A DNA stretch of 64,000 bases from Clostridia bacterium (lineage in GTDB: Bacteria > Bacillota > SHA-98 > UBA4971). This document shows, piece by piece, positions 1 through 9,746 of the stretch. The notes below the pieces were generated by a model that was not told where the DNA came from, ran no database searches, and was given only the letters and a program-made list of their open reading frames with translations. The position numbers and the translations under genes were made by a program. Positions within the stretch are counted from its first letter, which is position 1. Every line of letters begins with the position of its first letter. The stretch spans positions 6,195-70,194 of the forward strand of contig JBLNDA010000059.1 of assembly GCA_050261175.1 (NCBI GenBank). The letters are read 5' to 3'.

Positions 1-487
1 CCACGACCAGGGATGAGTCGGTTATCGCGAGGTTCACCCTGTCGTGGATGTCGTGCGCCCGCCTCATCCTCACTCGGGTACGGTGCGCGTCGCTCTTGTC
101 CGCTATGATGAGCGCGGCGGACACGGGACTCACGGGAATGCCTATCTCCTCTTCGTGGTTGGCGATGGCAGTCGTGATGGTACAGATCTCCTCGAGGGGC
201 ATTCCAAGCATGCGGAGCTCAGTGAAAACAATGTTCGCGCCGGTGGGACCATGGTACTTGCGATTGTGCATGTTCCCGATATCGTGTAAATACCCAGAGA
301 TCGCCCCCAGCTCGACAGTCCTGTCATCGTGCCCCAGGCTTCTCAGAATGTAGGCCGTCGTCGTCGCCACGTAGGTCACGTGGCGAAGGCCGTGCTCAGT
401 GTAACCGAGAAGCGACAGGTACTCGTTGGCCTTGCTTATGAGAAAGCGGAAGTTGGGATTGCCCTGAATGTCCTTTAGCGTCAGCAT
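1..487 (-). CDS. HD-domain phosphohydrolase (3' end runs off window; absent from ORF track)
   Basis: Manual translation MLTLKDIQGNPNF...YTEHGLRH...GYLHDIGN...IANHEE...IIADKSD shows the H..HD..H..D motif set; SD AGGGGGAGG upstream of the ATG at 487. Confidence 0.85.
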   Translation of the reverse strand, partial: MLTLKDIQGNPNFRFLISKANEYLSLLGYTEHGLRHVTYVATTTAYILRSLGHDDRTVELGAISGYLHDIGNMHNRKYHGPTGANIVFTELRMLGMPLEEICTITTAIANHEEEIGIPVSPVSAALIIADKSDAHRTRVRMRRAHDIHDRVNLAITDSSLVV

Positions 488-759
488 GATCCTCCCCCCT
501 GACTCGTCCCCCGCTACACCATAATAGCATATTCCTTTCGTTGTGCACACGGCCCAGCTCACGCCAACCGAACCAGGAGTTGGACGGCGCCCGCACTCGC
601 CTTGCCGGAAGAACACCATATGTGGCAGACCTGCCTTCGCATGGAAGGATCTGAAGGATGACAAGCCCGCTCTATCCAGGTATCATGGCTCAGAGGATTG
701 GGACACTCGCAATAGCATTGTTTCCCATCCCACATTCCTTGTGAAAGGGGAGAGTTCCT

Positions 760-1755
760 TTGCATCGTACGGTGAGACACTCGGTCGTTTTGGCAATCGC
801 CCTCGTCGCGGCGCTCGCGCTGCCGGCTATGACATGGGCCGCAGGGCCCGGTGAGGAGCAACCCGGGCTCAACTCGCTCGCCCATCCGTCGTTCAGGGCA
901 GGCCAGAACGGTCAGGTCTACTATCGCGGAACAGCCGCCCCGGCGCCCGCCGAAGTCGCGACCGGTCCGGTGAGCCTCAACTGGCAGGTCTTGTACCAGG
1001 CGCAGCTGCGGGTATACCAGGGGCAGGACGGCTGGAGGCTCGACCCGGTGCAGGTCGCGCGGCAGGAGGGGACGGGTCTCGGACTCGATCCGTCGCAGGA
1101 CGTATACACCCTGATATCCAAGGTTGACGTTCAGAAGGACTCCGGGACCGGTGAAGCCCATGTGCTCGTGGAGCATTCCGGGAGGGCCTACATCGTTCAA
1201 CTCATCCAGCCCTTCGGGCCCGGGCCTGGAATGATCTGGACCATCAACTCCGTGCGCGAGATCACCTCGGCTGATGTGGCGGATCGGATAGCACGCCAGG
1301 CGTGGATCACTTTCCGATACCGCGGCCCCAATGGGCCGGCAATGGCAGCGTGGTGGAACCAGGCTCCGACGAAGCCCGCGGCACCCGTGACATCCGGGCA
1401 GCCGGGGCGCGTGTACTACGTGCAGCCTGGTGACACCCTGTGGGCGATCTCGGTGAAGAACGGTGTCACCCTATACAGGCTCATTCAACTCAACCCGAGC
1501 GTCGACGCGAACGCGCTATGGGTGGGCCAGATCATCATCGTGCAGGCCTCAGACGATGCGTGGACGGCCCCAAGGCCGGGCGGCAGCCCGTCGTCCGGCG
1601 GGACTTCCCAGCGGACGACCCACATCGTCGAGCCGGGAGACACCCTCTGGCAGATCGCGCTGAGGTACGGCGCTTCGGTGCAGGCCATCATGCAGGCGAA
1701 CGGCATCACCGACGCCAATATCCTTTGGGTCGGGCAACAGCTCATAATCCCGTGA
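760..1755 (+). CDS. Secreted protein with two C-terminal LysM domains
   Basis: Signal peptide (..AMTWA); LysM motifs YYVQPGDTLWAIS and HIVEPGDTLWQIA; SD GGGGAG before TTG. Confidence 0.9.
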   Translation: MHRTVRHSVVLAIALVAALALPAMTWAAGPGEEQPGLNSLAHPSFRAGQNGQVYYRGTAAPAPAEVATGPVSLNWQVLYQAQLRVYQGQDGWRLDPVQVARQEGTGLGLDPSQDVYTLISKVDVQKDSGTGEAHVLVEHSGRAYIVQLIQPFGPGPGMIWTINSVREITSADVADRIARQAWITFRYRGPNGPAMAAWWNQAPTKPAAPVTSGQPGRVYYVQPGDTLWAISVKNGVTLYRLIQLNPSVDANALWVGQIIIVQASDDAWTAPRPGGSPSSGGTSQRTTHIVEPGDTLWQIALRYGASVQAIMQANGITDANILWVGQQLIIP

Positions 1756-1784
1756 CGTCGTCGACGTCGTCCGCTCACATGTCG

Positions 1785-1816
1785 GGAGGCCCGGCGCCCA
1801 AAGGCTCCGGGCCTCC
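1785..1816. terminator. Hairpin between the convergent LysM and FMN-binding genes
   Basis: GGAGGCCCGG...CCGGGCCTCC 10-bp inverted repeat; weak U-tract. Confidence 0.55.
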
Positions 1817-2004
1817 AACCTTCATTTCACCATGCCTGACCCGGGATGCTCGGCCCTTCCGGGCACGCGCCTTCCCGGGCCCCATTTTCCGGCTTCAGCT
1901 TCTCGAGCTTCCTTCAGGTCTCCCTTTCCCTCTGCGGGTTCCTCTGGGAGGTTCCAATCCAGGTGCCATGGACCGGTAGGCCCATGAGATACCTGGGTAT
2001 CCAC

Positions 2005-2688
2005 CTAGAGCAGGCCGGCCTGCTCCAGGGCGTTCTCGTACGCGTACAGGTACTCGTGGTAGCTGTGCGTCGCGCCGCTCACAGCATCGATCTTCTTCAG
2101 ATCTGTCTGCGCCTTCACGGCCAGCTCCGGGAAGTTGTCGAAGAAATCCTTCGCGGGCTTCGACTTGTAGTCCGCGCCTTTTGCGGGCATGAGCGTGTCG
2201 TAGTCAGTCTTCTTCGTTATGAACTCGACCTTCGTGACCTTCTTTCCCTGCACGGTCACTGCAAGAAGGGTGTGCCCGTTCACCGGGTTCTTGGCGAGTC
2301 CGTAGAACACGTTGCCTTTGTACTTGCCGCTTGCGATGTCGAGGGCCATCTGGGTCGCCTTCATATACTCGTCACGCGAACTCGTGGCCCCGCTCACGGC
2401 GTCTATCGAGGCCTTCTGGTTCTTGACGACCATGAGGGGATACTCACGGAACAGGGCCTTGGCGGGTTCGTGCTTGTATGTCTGGGGTTTGTCCGGGTTT
2501 ATCATGTTGACGTCGACTATCTTCCCGAACTGAATGACGACCTCGATGACCACGTCACCGTGATCGTTTGGAACATATCCTATGTAGGAACCGTCCTTGT
2601 ACGCCGGCGCCTCGGCTCCGAACACCGCCGAACCGATGAGCGCAACCGCTGCAACCGCCACTGCCAGTAGCACGCAGGCTTTTCTCAC
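2005..2688 (-). CDS. Extracytoplasmic protein with two FMN-binding (flavinylation) domains
   Basis: Signal peptide MRKACVLLAVAVAAVALIGSAVFG; two IDAVSGAT motifs; YKDGSYIG start typical of FMN_bind; GTG start chosen by SD AAAGGAGA. Confidence 0.88.
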   Translation of the reverse strand: MRKACVLLAVAVAAVALIGSAVFGAEAPAYKDGSYIGYVPNDHGDVVIEVVIQFGKIVDVNMINPDKPQTYKHEPAKALFREYPLMVVKNQKASIDAVSGATSSRDEYMKATQMALDIASGKYKGNVFYGLAKNPVNGHTLLAVTVQGKKVTKVEFITKKTDYDTLMPAKGADYKSKPAKDFFDNFPELAVKAQTDLKKIDAVSGATHSYHEYLYAYENALEQAGLL

Positions 2689-2775
2689 TTTCGCTGCATC
2701 TCCTTTCGACTTTGTGAAAATGATACCTTTCACATCCGCCCACACACAGACTCTATCCCCACATCCCCCCCTGGT

Positions 2776-2793
2776 ATGTGCCACATTTCACAA
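2776..2793. promoter_or_regulatory. Putative Rex operator
   Basis: ATGTGCC-ACAT-TTCACAA vs consensus TTGTGAA-N4-TTCACAA; lies downstream of the promoter. Confidence 0.45.
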
Positions 2794-2856
2794 TCTATTC
2801 ATCCTCCCGGGCAGCCTATAGCACAGACATTCCATCCTGGCTAGAGGGCCACTACG

Positions 2857-2885
2857 ATTATACTATGGCATGTCCTGGTCCGCAA
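2857..2885 (-). promoter_or_regulatory. sigA-type promoter of FMN-binding gene
   Basis: TTGCGG-N17-TATAAT. Confidence 0.55.
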
Positions 2886-3120
2886 CGCAGAATTTCGATC
2901 AGGGCCCCTTCGCCGCTGCGCTTGTGTCTGCCGATTGCAGGAGAAAAGCCGGGTGCACGTGGCACCCGGCGAAATCCTGACGATGACCGGAGACTAGCGC
3001 CCGCTGAGTAAGGGTTGAGTAGGGGTGCAGAAATGCTCCCGACTTGAGGCATCATCCCCTCGAAGACCCTGGCGGCCCTCGTTTGTTCAGCAAGCGCTGT
3101 CTTCTCCTCCCTCTCACCTC

Positions 3121-5127
3121 TCACCTGATCACCAGCGTACCCTGGTCGTCCAGGTACGCCTTGACGTCGAAACGAGTTGACTCAAATACGAACGACTCAC
3201 CGCCCACCTGAACCGTCGTGCCCGGATAGACCACGCCAGCCCGGATCTGGCCGCCGGCCTGCACCCTGATGACCGAGGAGCAGGGCCACTGGCCTGGGGT
3301 CCCGACGCTCCCCACCTGGACCCTTCGCGCCGCATAGAGCTCTCCTCCGCGGACGTTGCCCTTCACCCGCACGCCTTCGGCTGCGTGGAGACTGCAGTTG
3401 TAGCATCCCTTCTCAGCAACCAGTATGTCCTCGCCCGACTCCAGCACACTGTTCTGCGCGTACCCCACCACGATTCCCCCGCCAGCGCTTGATGACCTCT
3501 CAATCCAACCGGTCACCGTCTCCGCGCCGGCCCTCAAGGCGCTCACCTCATCCGGGCCGGGAGCATCCATCGAGCCCGAGGCTGATACGCGCTTCGCGAT
3601 CTTCGCCAGCGAACCCGCTGCATCGACGATCTCCGCCGGCAGTTCGATTCCAGCCTCATCCAGCACTTCCCGCACCGAGGCGGCAAGCCTGTCCAGTTCA
3701 CGAAGTCTCGAACCCGAGAGGCGGCCGAGTTCGGAAAGCTGTCCTCGCGCTCCTGCCTGCATACCATCATGATCCGGCGAAGCCTGCACGGCGGACTCCC
3801 AGCGAGCCAGCATATGATCGATGGTCTCGAGAACGGGTCTCAGCCGGCTGGCAAGCCCCGCCACCCCGCCTGCCCGAACGTGTGAGTTGACGACCGATCC
3901 TTTGACCTTCACCGCTCCGCCCGCCCTGATCGTCGCGCCCGCAGCATAGCCGAGGACTGTCACGCCGCCGCTCGCCTCGACGCGCGCGCCCTCGAGCACG
4001 TCGCCTCGCACCACGATGTCGCCGACGAACCGCAGGTGCCCCGAGGCAAGTCCGACATCGCCCTCATGGACCATGACAGGCACAACCTCGACACACGTGT
4101 AGCTGGTCCCGTACGCCACCGGCTTGCCATCCCGCGAGGCGACCACCTTCGTGCCGTCACCGCAAAGCTCGGCCCCCTCCCCCGCCCGGAGCACCGCTTC
4201 TCTCACCTCTCGCGGCGGAATGGTCTCGCCTGTGACGGCGCGTCCCGGCGTGCCTCGAATCGGCGGGTGCAACACAGAAAGGACCTCCCCCGCACGCACG
4301 AACGGGAACCGGTAGCGCTCCCAATAGTCCACCCTGCTTTCGCCCTCTTCCCACACCACTGGGACAGGCTCGAGTTCGACGAGGTGCTCCACAAAGCCGT
4401 CCTTCCCTTCCAACGGGGGAATCCCCTTTGCGACCACACGGCCAAGCCCGTCTGCAGCCAGAACCGCTTCCTCCACAGCCTGCGCGCAGATTCCGACCAC
4501 CACGCCCCTGCTCTCGAGCGCGGCCTGTACGTCCTCCACAGTGATGGTCTTCTCGGAGACCTCCTCCACGAGGATGACAGGGCGAAACACGGTCTGGGGC
4601 TCTTGGTCGACCACGACAGGCCGGGCGATCTTTCGCGGTGTGATCCTGACCTCCGCCGTCAGGCGGTCACGGCCGATAGTGACTTCGACCGCGGCCTGAG
4701 CGGTCTCTCGGGCCTCCGCTTCAATCGTGACCGAATCGCGGCCAGTGACCGTGCGGGGCTCGACGAGCTCATCGCCGTTCACACGAATGGCGATCCCAGG
4801 GACGGGGACGATCGTCGCAGGCTTTCCGCATCCCCTGGGGTCTCGTATTACAATCCTGCCTCCTTTCACCTCCACCGTCCCGTCTTGATCCCCGCCGCCG
4901 CATTGGGGGCCATGCCCGGTGCCTTGAGTAGTCTCATTTCCGCCGACCTTCCCTGTTCTCCATGCCCTGAGCAAGACCTCATGCTTTCCTGAGTCGAATT
5001 GGCCGCCGTCTGTGTTGCGTACGACTTCATACTCCACTTCCGATGGGCTCGCTTGCAGAACCCTCGAGGCCTTCTCAACAGCCTCCTCCACAGTCCCTCC
5101 GCGAACCAGGACGTCATCGGCCGGCAC
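3121..5127 (-). CDS. FapA/DUF342 family protein with N-terminal Jag_N-like domain
   Basis: GGTVEEAVEKA..EVEYEV (Jag_N); VAKGIPPLEGKDG and GDVGLASGHLRFVGDIVVRGDV beta-helix repeats (DUF342). Confidence 0.85.
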   Translation of the reverse strand: MPADDVLVRGGTVEEAVEKASRVLQASPSEVEYEVVRNTDGGQFDSGKHEVLLRAWRTGKVGGNETTQGTGHGPQCGGGDQDGTVEVKGGRIVIRDPRGCGKPATIVPVPGIAIRVNGDELVEPRTVTGRDSVTIEAEARETAQAAVEVTIGRDRLTAEVRITPRKIARPVVVDQEPQTVFRPVILVEEVSEKTITVEDVQAALESRGVVVGICAQAVEEAVLAADGLGRVVAKGIPPLEGKDGFVEHLVELEPVPVVWEEGESRVDYWERYRFPFVRAGEVLSVLHPPIRGTPGRAVTGETIPPREVREAVLRAGEGAELCGDGTKVVASRDGKPVAYGTSYTCVEVVPVMVHEGDVGLASGHLRFVGDIVVRGDVLEGARVEASGGVTVLGYAAGATIRAGGAVKVKGSVVNSHVRAGGVAGLASRLRPVLETIDHMLARWESAVQASPDHDGMQAGARGQLSELGRLSGSRLRELDRLAASVREVLDEAGIELPAEIVDAAGSLAKIAKRVSASGSMDAPGPDEVSALRAGAETVTGWIERSSSAGGGIVVGYAQNSVLESGEDILVAEKGCYNCSLHAAEGVRVKGNVRGGELYAARRVQVGSVGTPGQWPCSSVIRVQAGGQIRAGVVYPGTTVQVGGESFVFESTRFDVKAYLDDQGTLVIR

Positions 5128-5657
5128 GCATCCACCACCTCCTGCTCACTCAGTGTTTCAGTTCAGTCGGAAGTCTCGGACAAGCCCGTTGAACTTTCGA
5201 GGCCCTTCGCTCGACAAAGAGTGCTGGACATTTCCGATGATCACCGCGCCCGGCGTGTGAATGCGCGCCCCGACAGCAGGACCGCGGTCTCCGCGGGAAC
5301 CGCCCTGTCAACGCGCGACGCGCTCACTGTCGCGGACGCCTTGACGTCTCCAAGGCGTGATTCGGCGGCACGGTCCGCGGGAAAGGCGGCGCACGCCGAG
5401 GGCTGCCCGACTCAGGCATTGCCGGCCTAAGGACGCACGAGCCAGCCGGGCATCACACTCTCTTCAGCCGGTAGGCAGCCCTTCGCGAGAGCCGGGGGCG
5501 TCGCTCCACGCTCAATTAGTAAGTTAAACGTTTGTTCTGGCTTTCCTTCATGGGTGCGGCGACGCGCGAGAGCGCGGCGCGGACCCGGGTCGACACAACC
5601 CGGGCCCGCGGTGCGGGGCCTGGAAAACGTCGGCCTTGCGTGCTGGTTCCGCAGAAA

Positions 5658-6101
5658 TCAACGAGAAACCTTGAAGGTCCCGTCGACCTTCACCCCTTGA
5701 AGGGTGTCGGACACTGGGCAGCGCGACTTGATCATGTTGACGAGCTTGCGGATGTTCTCCTCGGGCGAAGCGGACTTGATGTTCATCGTGAACCTGATGT
5801 GCTGAAAGCCCGTCCGCACATCCGCGCGCTTTCCCATGAATCCGTCGGGATCCAGGTCACCCTCGAGATCCACGCGGAAATCGTCGAGTTTCACGCCGCA
5901 CGCCGGCGCGAACGCCACAGCGCATATGGTGATGCAGCCCCCTAGGGCCGAAAGCAGGAGTTCCACGGGGTTCATTGCCTGATCCCCGCCGCCCAGCTCC
6001 TTCGGCTCGTCCATGGCAACCTCGAAGCCACGGACATTCGCTTTGCAGAGAAGCCCTTGTCCCGCGCTGCGCACCGAAGCATGGAAGGTCTCAAGCGCCA
6101 T
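5658..6101 (-). CDS. OsmC/Ohr family protein
   Basis: DEPKELGGGDQAMNPVELLLSALGGC...RCPVSDTL. Confidence 0.9.
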   Translation of the reverse strand: MALETFHASVRSAGQGLLCKANVRGFEVAMDEPKELGGGDQAMNPVELLLSALGGCITICAVAFAPACGVKLDDFRVDLEGDLDPDGFMGKRADVRTGFQHIRFTMNIKSASPEENIRKLVNMIKSRCPVSDTLQGVKVDGTFKVSR

Positions 6102-6147
6102 CGTCGTCGATCCTCCTACCCTACCAGCACATGCTGGGTCTTTTGCA

Positions 6148-6177
6148 TAGTATCTCCCGCCAGCGTCGGGCGTATAG
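6148..6177 (-). promoter_or_regulatory. Putative sigF/sigG promoter of the OsmC gene
   Basis: CTATA-N15-GGAGATACTA vs GYATA-N15-GGnnAnAHTR. Confidence 0.45.
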
Positions 6178-6264
6178 ATTACGCAAAAGATGGTGCTCCG
6201 GCAAGTTCCCGGCGACCGCCCCCGGTCCCGCCGCCAGCTTCCGCGCCGCCCGCTGCAGTCTTCT

Positions 6265-6292
6265 CACGCCGGGCGAAATGGGAGCATATCGT
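6265..6292 (+). promoter_or_regulatory. Putative sigK/sigE promoter
   Basis: CAC-N17-CATATCGT. Confidence 0.4.
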
Positions 6293-6378
6293 ATACTGGA
6301 ACCCCCCTTGCTGCGTCGCAGATTAAGGCGGTGGCTGGGCAATTCGAGGAGGCAAGGCAGGGGCAGGAGGCGCTTCCG

Positions 6379-6744
6379 ATGGAGCCTGAGGTGCCGCGCC
6401 CGAGGGTGCTCCAGATGGTGGTCAAGATCCAGTGGACCGTGGATAACCTTCGGACCCTGGGCGCCGGCAGCATGTACCACCTCGCATACAGGCCGAGCGA
6501 GATCTCGTACGATGTGCTCGTGGACATAAACTCTGGCAAGATCGGCCCTGGCACGCGAGCGGAGGTCATATTCATAGGCGGCCAGCGCCCGGTAAAGGTG
6601 GCGGACGTGGTCATAGAGAACATAGTCGCGTCGAAAGGCTTTCGAAGGTTCGACTTCCGAATCGTGCGGACCCTTCCCGCCGCCGAGAAGTGTACGAGCT
6701 ATACGAACATAGGGATCCTCTGTCTCTACTCACCGACCCGGTGA
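6379..6744 (+). CDS. Hypothetical protein, 121 aa
   Basis: SD CAGGAGG then ATG at 6379; globular-looking sequence MEPEVPRPRVLQMVVKIQW...; fills the gap between minus-strand genes. Confidence 0.7.
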   Translation: MEPEVPRPRVLQMVVKIQWTVDNLRTLGAGSMYHLAYRPSEISYDVLVDINSGKIGPGTRAEVIFIGGQRPVKVADVVIENIVASKGFRRFDFRIVRTLPAAEKCTSYTNIGILCLYSPTR

Positions 6745-6778
6745 CACACGCGAGCCCGACCTGAAGGAGCGCGCCAAG

Positions 6779-7558
6779 CTACCTCGGATCGTCGCGACCA
6801 GGCTCCCCCAGTGCCAGCAGCTCCGAAAGAGGCACCAGCCTGTAGCCCTTCTCACGCAGGCCGTCGATCACACGGGGAAGGGCCTCGTGAATCTGCTTGC
6901 TCGAATCGCTCGCGTGCATGAGGATGATGGCGCCCTTGAAAGCCCCTTTTAGCACCCGATCCACCATGAAGTCAGCCCCCGGATTCTTCCAGTCGAGGGA
7001 ATCCACCGCCCATATCACGGTCTCATATCCGCAGGCCTTCGCGACCTCCACGACCACGTCATCGTAGTCGCCGTTAGGGGGACGGAAGAATGGAGCGACT
7101 CTTCCCGCCGCGTTGAGCAGGTCCTCGTGGGCCGTCCTGATGTTGTCCTCGACCACCGACCGGTCATAGCGGCTGAGGCTGACATGGGCGTCACCGTGGC
7201 TGCCGACTTCGTGGCCTGCCCGCACGATCTCCTGAACGATCTCGGCGTGTCTCTTCGCCCACGGTCCTGAGAGAAAGAACGTGGCTCTCACGTTCTTCTC
7301 GCGGAGGATCCCGAGCACACGCGGCGCGGTCTCGTGCCCCCAGCTGATGTCGAAGGTCAGGGCAAGGGCCGGCTCTTCCGTCTTGACGTAGAAGAGGGGC
7401 ATGGTGGTCTTGGGCAGCACCAGGATGGACTCGGTCACGGGAACATGGCGGTCGATGGCCCATTCCACGCCGCGTCCGGCAAGAAACCCGAGGCCCAACA
7501 CGAGACACGCGGCGCACGCGCCAACGAGGACGACCGCCCGTCTAGTTATCACCAGCAT
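6779..7558 (-). CDS. pdaB: Polysaccharide deacetylase, PdaB-like sporulation protein
   Basis: ALTFDISWG, ATFFLSGPW, HEVGSHG, FRPPNG, DSLDWKNPG, IILMHASD; N-terminal TM helix. Confidence 0.85.
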   Translation of the reverse strand: MLVITRRAVVLVGACAACLVLGLGFLAGRGVEWAIDRHVPVTESILVLPKTTMPLFYVKTEEPALALTFDISWGHETAPRVLGILREKNVRATFFLSGPWAKRHAEIVQEIVRAGHEVGSHGDAHVSLSRYDRSVVEDNIRTAHEDLLNAAGRVAPFFRPPNGDYDDVVVEVAKACGYETVIWAVDSLDWKNPGADFMVDRVLKGAFKGAIILMHASDSSKQIHEALPRVIDGLREKGYRLVPLSELLALGEPGRDDPR

Positions 7559-7610
7559 CTTGCCACCTCCCGGGTCTTTGGATCCGGATGTGAACAATCA
7601 TCTCTGACAA

Positions 7611-7639
7611 ATGGTATGTCGTGGCAAGCTGGCTTATTC
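7611..7639 (-). promoter_or_regulatory. Putative sigE promoter of pdaB
   Basis: GAATAAG-N14-CATACCAT; pdaB is sigE-controlled in B. subtilis. Confidence 0.55.
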
Positions 7640-7971
7640 TGCACGCGCGGGGCGGGCGCCGGGCAGGCAGCGCGCACCCGCGGCGCGCGCGCCGTGTGCG
7701 ACGGGCGACGCGCCGACGCAGAGAGACCGCCGCTTTCGCGGGTCGTCCCCCACCCGCTGCGCCTCCTCGCGGACCGGGTTGTAGCAGGATTTTCGCGACT
7801 CGACCGGAAAGTATTGAGTTGGGACGTATCGCCCGCTGACGGCTGGGCGCCGGTGCGCAGCGCTCCGCGGCGCGACTGCCTTCGCTCGAGGAGCTCCAGA
7901 CTCTCCGGCGCGTGCCCGGACCTGCCTGCAGCGCAGGAAGCCAATCGATGGAGAGGAGAGATGACCGCCCC

Positions 7972-9651
7972 ATGAAACTTGAATTCGTGGGTGCGACCCG
8001 CACCGTGACTGGGTCGTGCCACTACGTCGAAACCGGGGTCACGAAGTTCATCGTAGACTGCGGGATGTTCCAGGGGGACGACGAACTCGAGGAGCTCAAT
8101 CGCGTCCCCTTCCCGTTCGACCCGTCGGGCCTCGACTTCGTCCTCCTGACTCACGCGCACATCGACCACAGCGGCCTCATCCCGCGACTGGTCCGGGAGG
8201 GGTTCAAAGGAAAGGTATACGCCACCGCCGCCACGATCGATCTCTGCAAGATAATGCTCCTGGATAGCGCACACATCCAGGAACTCGAGGCCGGCTGGCA
8301 GCAACGCAAGGCCCGCCGGGCGGGCGAAGTCCCGTTCGAGCCGGTCTATACCGTGGACGACGCGCAGCGAGGCCTTTCGCGCTTCGAGGCCGTTCCTTTC
8401 GGTCAGATGGTGAGGGTGGCCCCGGACGTAGCGGTGAGGTTCCGGCATGCCGGACACATCCTCGGGTCAGCCATAATCGAGGTGTACCTGCGCCGCCCCG
8501 AGTCCGTCGCGGGTCCCATCCCCGTTTCCGCTCCCGCCTCCGCTTCCGCGCCCGCGTTCGCCGCCGGCGAGCTGAAGATCGTCTTCTCGGGAGACCTTGG
8601 CAACGTGAACCAGCCCATTATCAAAGACCCGGAGTTCGTGTCAGATGCCGACTTCCTCGTGGTGGAATCGACCTACGGGAATCGGGTTCACGAGGACCAT
8701 ATGGGCAGCATGGAGAAGCTCCAGAAAGTCATCCACGACACGTGGTCGAGAGGCGGAAACGTCATCATACCAGCCTTCGCCGTGGCGCGCGCCCAAGACG
8801 TCCTGCACGACATCGCCACGCTCGCTTACAAGCAGGAGATCCCACCGGTGAGAGTGTTCATCGACAGCCCCATGGCCGTGTCCGCCACCGAGGTGTTCAG
8901 CGCATATCGAGACGAGTTCGACGTCGAGACCACGGCCCTCATCGAGGCCGGAGGCGACCCGTTCGACTTCCCCGGGCTCCAGTACGTGCAGACCGCCGAG
9001 CAGTCTCGTGCCCTCAACGACATCACCAGCGGCGCCGTGATCATCTCCGCCAGCGGCATGTGCAACTTCGGCCGGATCAAGCACCACTTGAAACACAACC
9101 TCTGGAGACCCGAGTGCACCGTGCTCTTCGTCGGATTCCAAGCCCGAGGCACGCTCGGCCGCCTCCTTCAAGACGGAGCCACGAAGGTCAGGATATTCAA
9201 CGAAGACGTGGCCGTGAAAGCGTCGATAGAATCGATAGACGGATACTCAGCTCATGCTGACCGCGACACCCTGCTCTACTGGGTGAAAAGCCTTCGCAGC
9301 AAGCCCCGGAGGGTCTTCGTAGTGCATGGCGAGGAAGAGTCGGCGCAGGCGTTCGCAGCGACCCTGACGAACGCTCTAGGAGTGTGGGCGGGTGTTCCCC
9401 AAAGAGGGGACAGTCTGGACCTTGTGAGCGGGGAGACGACGGTCACCCCGGGCGGGAGCGCGGAACACGAGCGGGTGCTCTCACTGAAAGCTGCCGGCGA
9501 GGAACTCGACCGCGCGTACGCCGCGCTTCGGAAGGCGCTGGATCAGGGGGGAGCCCTTAGGGACCCGGCGGCCTTCCGGGCGTCGCGTGACGAGATCGCA
9601 AGGCTCGTATCTCTGATGCGGAGTCTCGCCCGGGAGGACCGCACGGCCTGA
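7972..9651 (+). CDS. MBL-fold beta-CASP ribonuclease
   Basis: VTGSCH, DCGMFQG, THAHIDHSG, AGHILGS, ESTYG, SAHAD, VHGE motifs. Confidence 0.92.
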   Translation: MKLEFVGATRTVTGSCHYVETGVTKFIVDCGMFQGDDELEELNRVPFPFDPSGLDFVLLTHAHIDHSGLIPRLVREGFKGKVYATAATIDLCKIMLLDSAHIQELEAGWQQRKARRAGEVPFEPVYTVDDAQRGLSRFEAVPFGQMVRVAPDVAVRFRHAGHILGSAIIEVYLRRPESVAGPIPVSAPASASAPAFAAGELKIVFSGDLGNVNQPIIKDPEFVSDADFLVVESTYGNRVHEDHMGSMEKLQKVIHDTWSRGGNVIIPAFAVARAQDVLHDIATLAYKQEIPPVRVFIDSPMAVSATEVFSAYRDEFDVETTALIEAGGDPFDFPGLQYVQTAEQSRALNDITSGAVIISASGMCNFGRIKHHLKHNLWRPECTVLFVGFQARGTLGRLLQDGATKVRIFNEDVAVKASIESIDGYSAHADRDTLLYWVKSLRSKPRRVFVVHGEEESAQAFAATLTNALGVWAGVPQRGDSLDLVSGETTVTPGGSAEHERVLSLKAAGEELDRAYAALRKALDQGGALRDPAAFRASRDEIARLVSLMRSLAREDRTA

Positions 9652-9746
9652 CTCGTGAAAACAGGGTCGCCGGTGTCGGACGCTTGCCTCCAGCCACCGG
9701 CAACCCGGCGCGCCAGGTGAATCGCGAGGAGACCGGGAACCTAGTT

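Noticed and set aside
1822-2004. 60-aa ORF in frame immediately after the TAG of the FMN-binding gene (amber read-through or pyrrolysine?)
   Set aside because: Disordered-looking sequence, no SD, no pyl genes in the window; the upstream protein is already complete
5130-5530. Possible c-di-GMP-I riboswitch upstream of fapA (CCGCGGAGACCGCGG hairpin; CCGGCCTAAG on the plus strand)
   Set aside because: The GGCAAA and GACGCAAAGC core nucleotides are missing, and the two fragments lie on opposite strands
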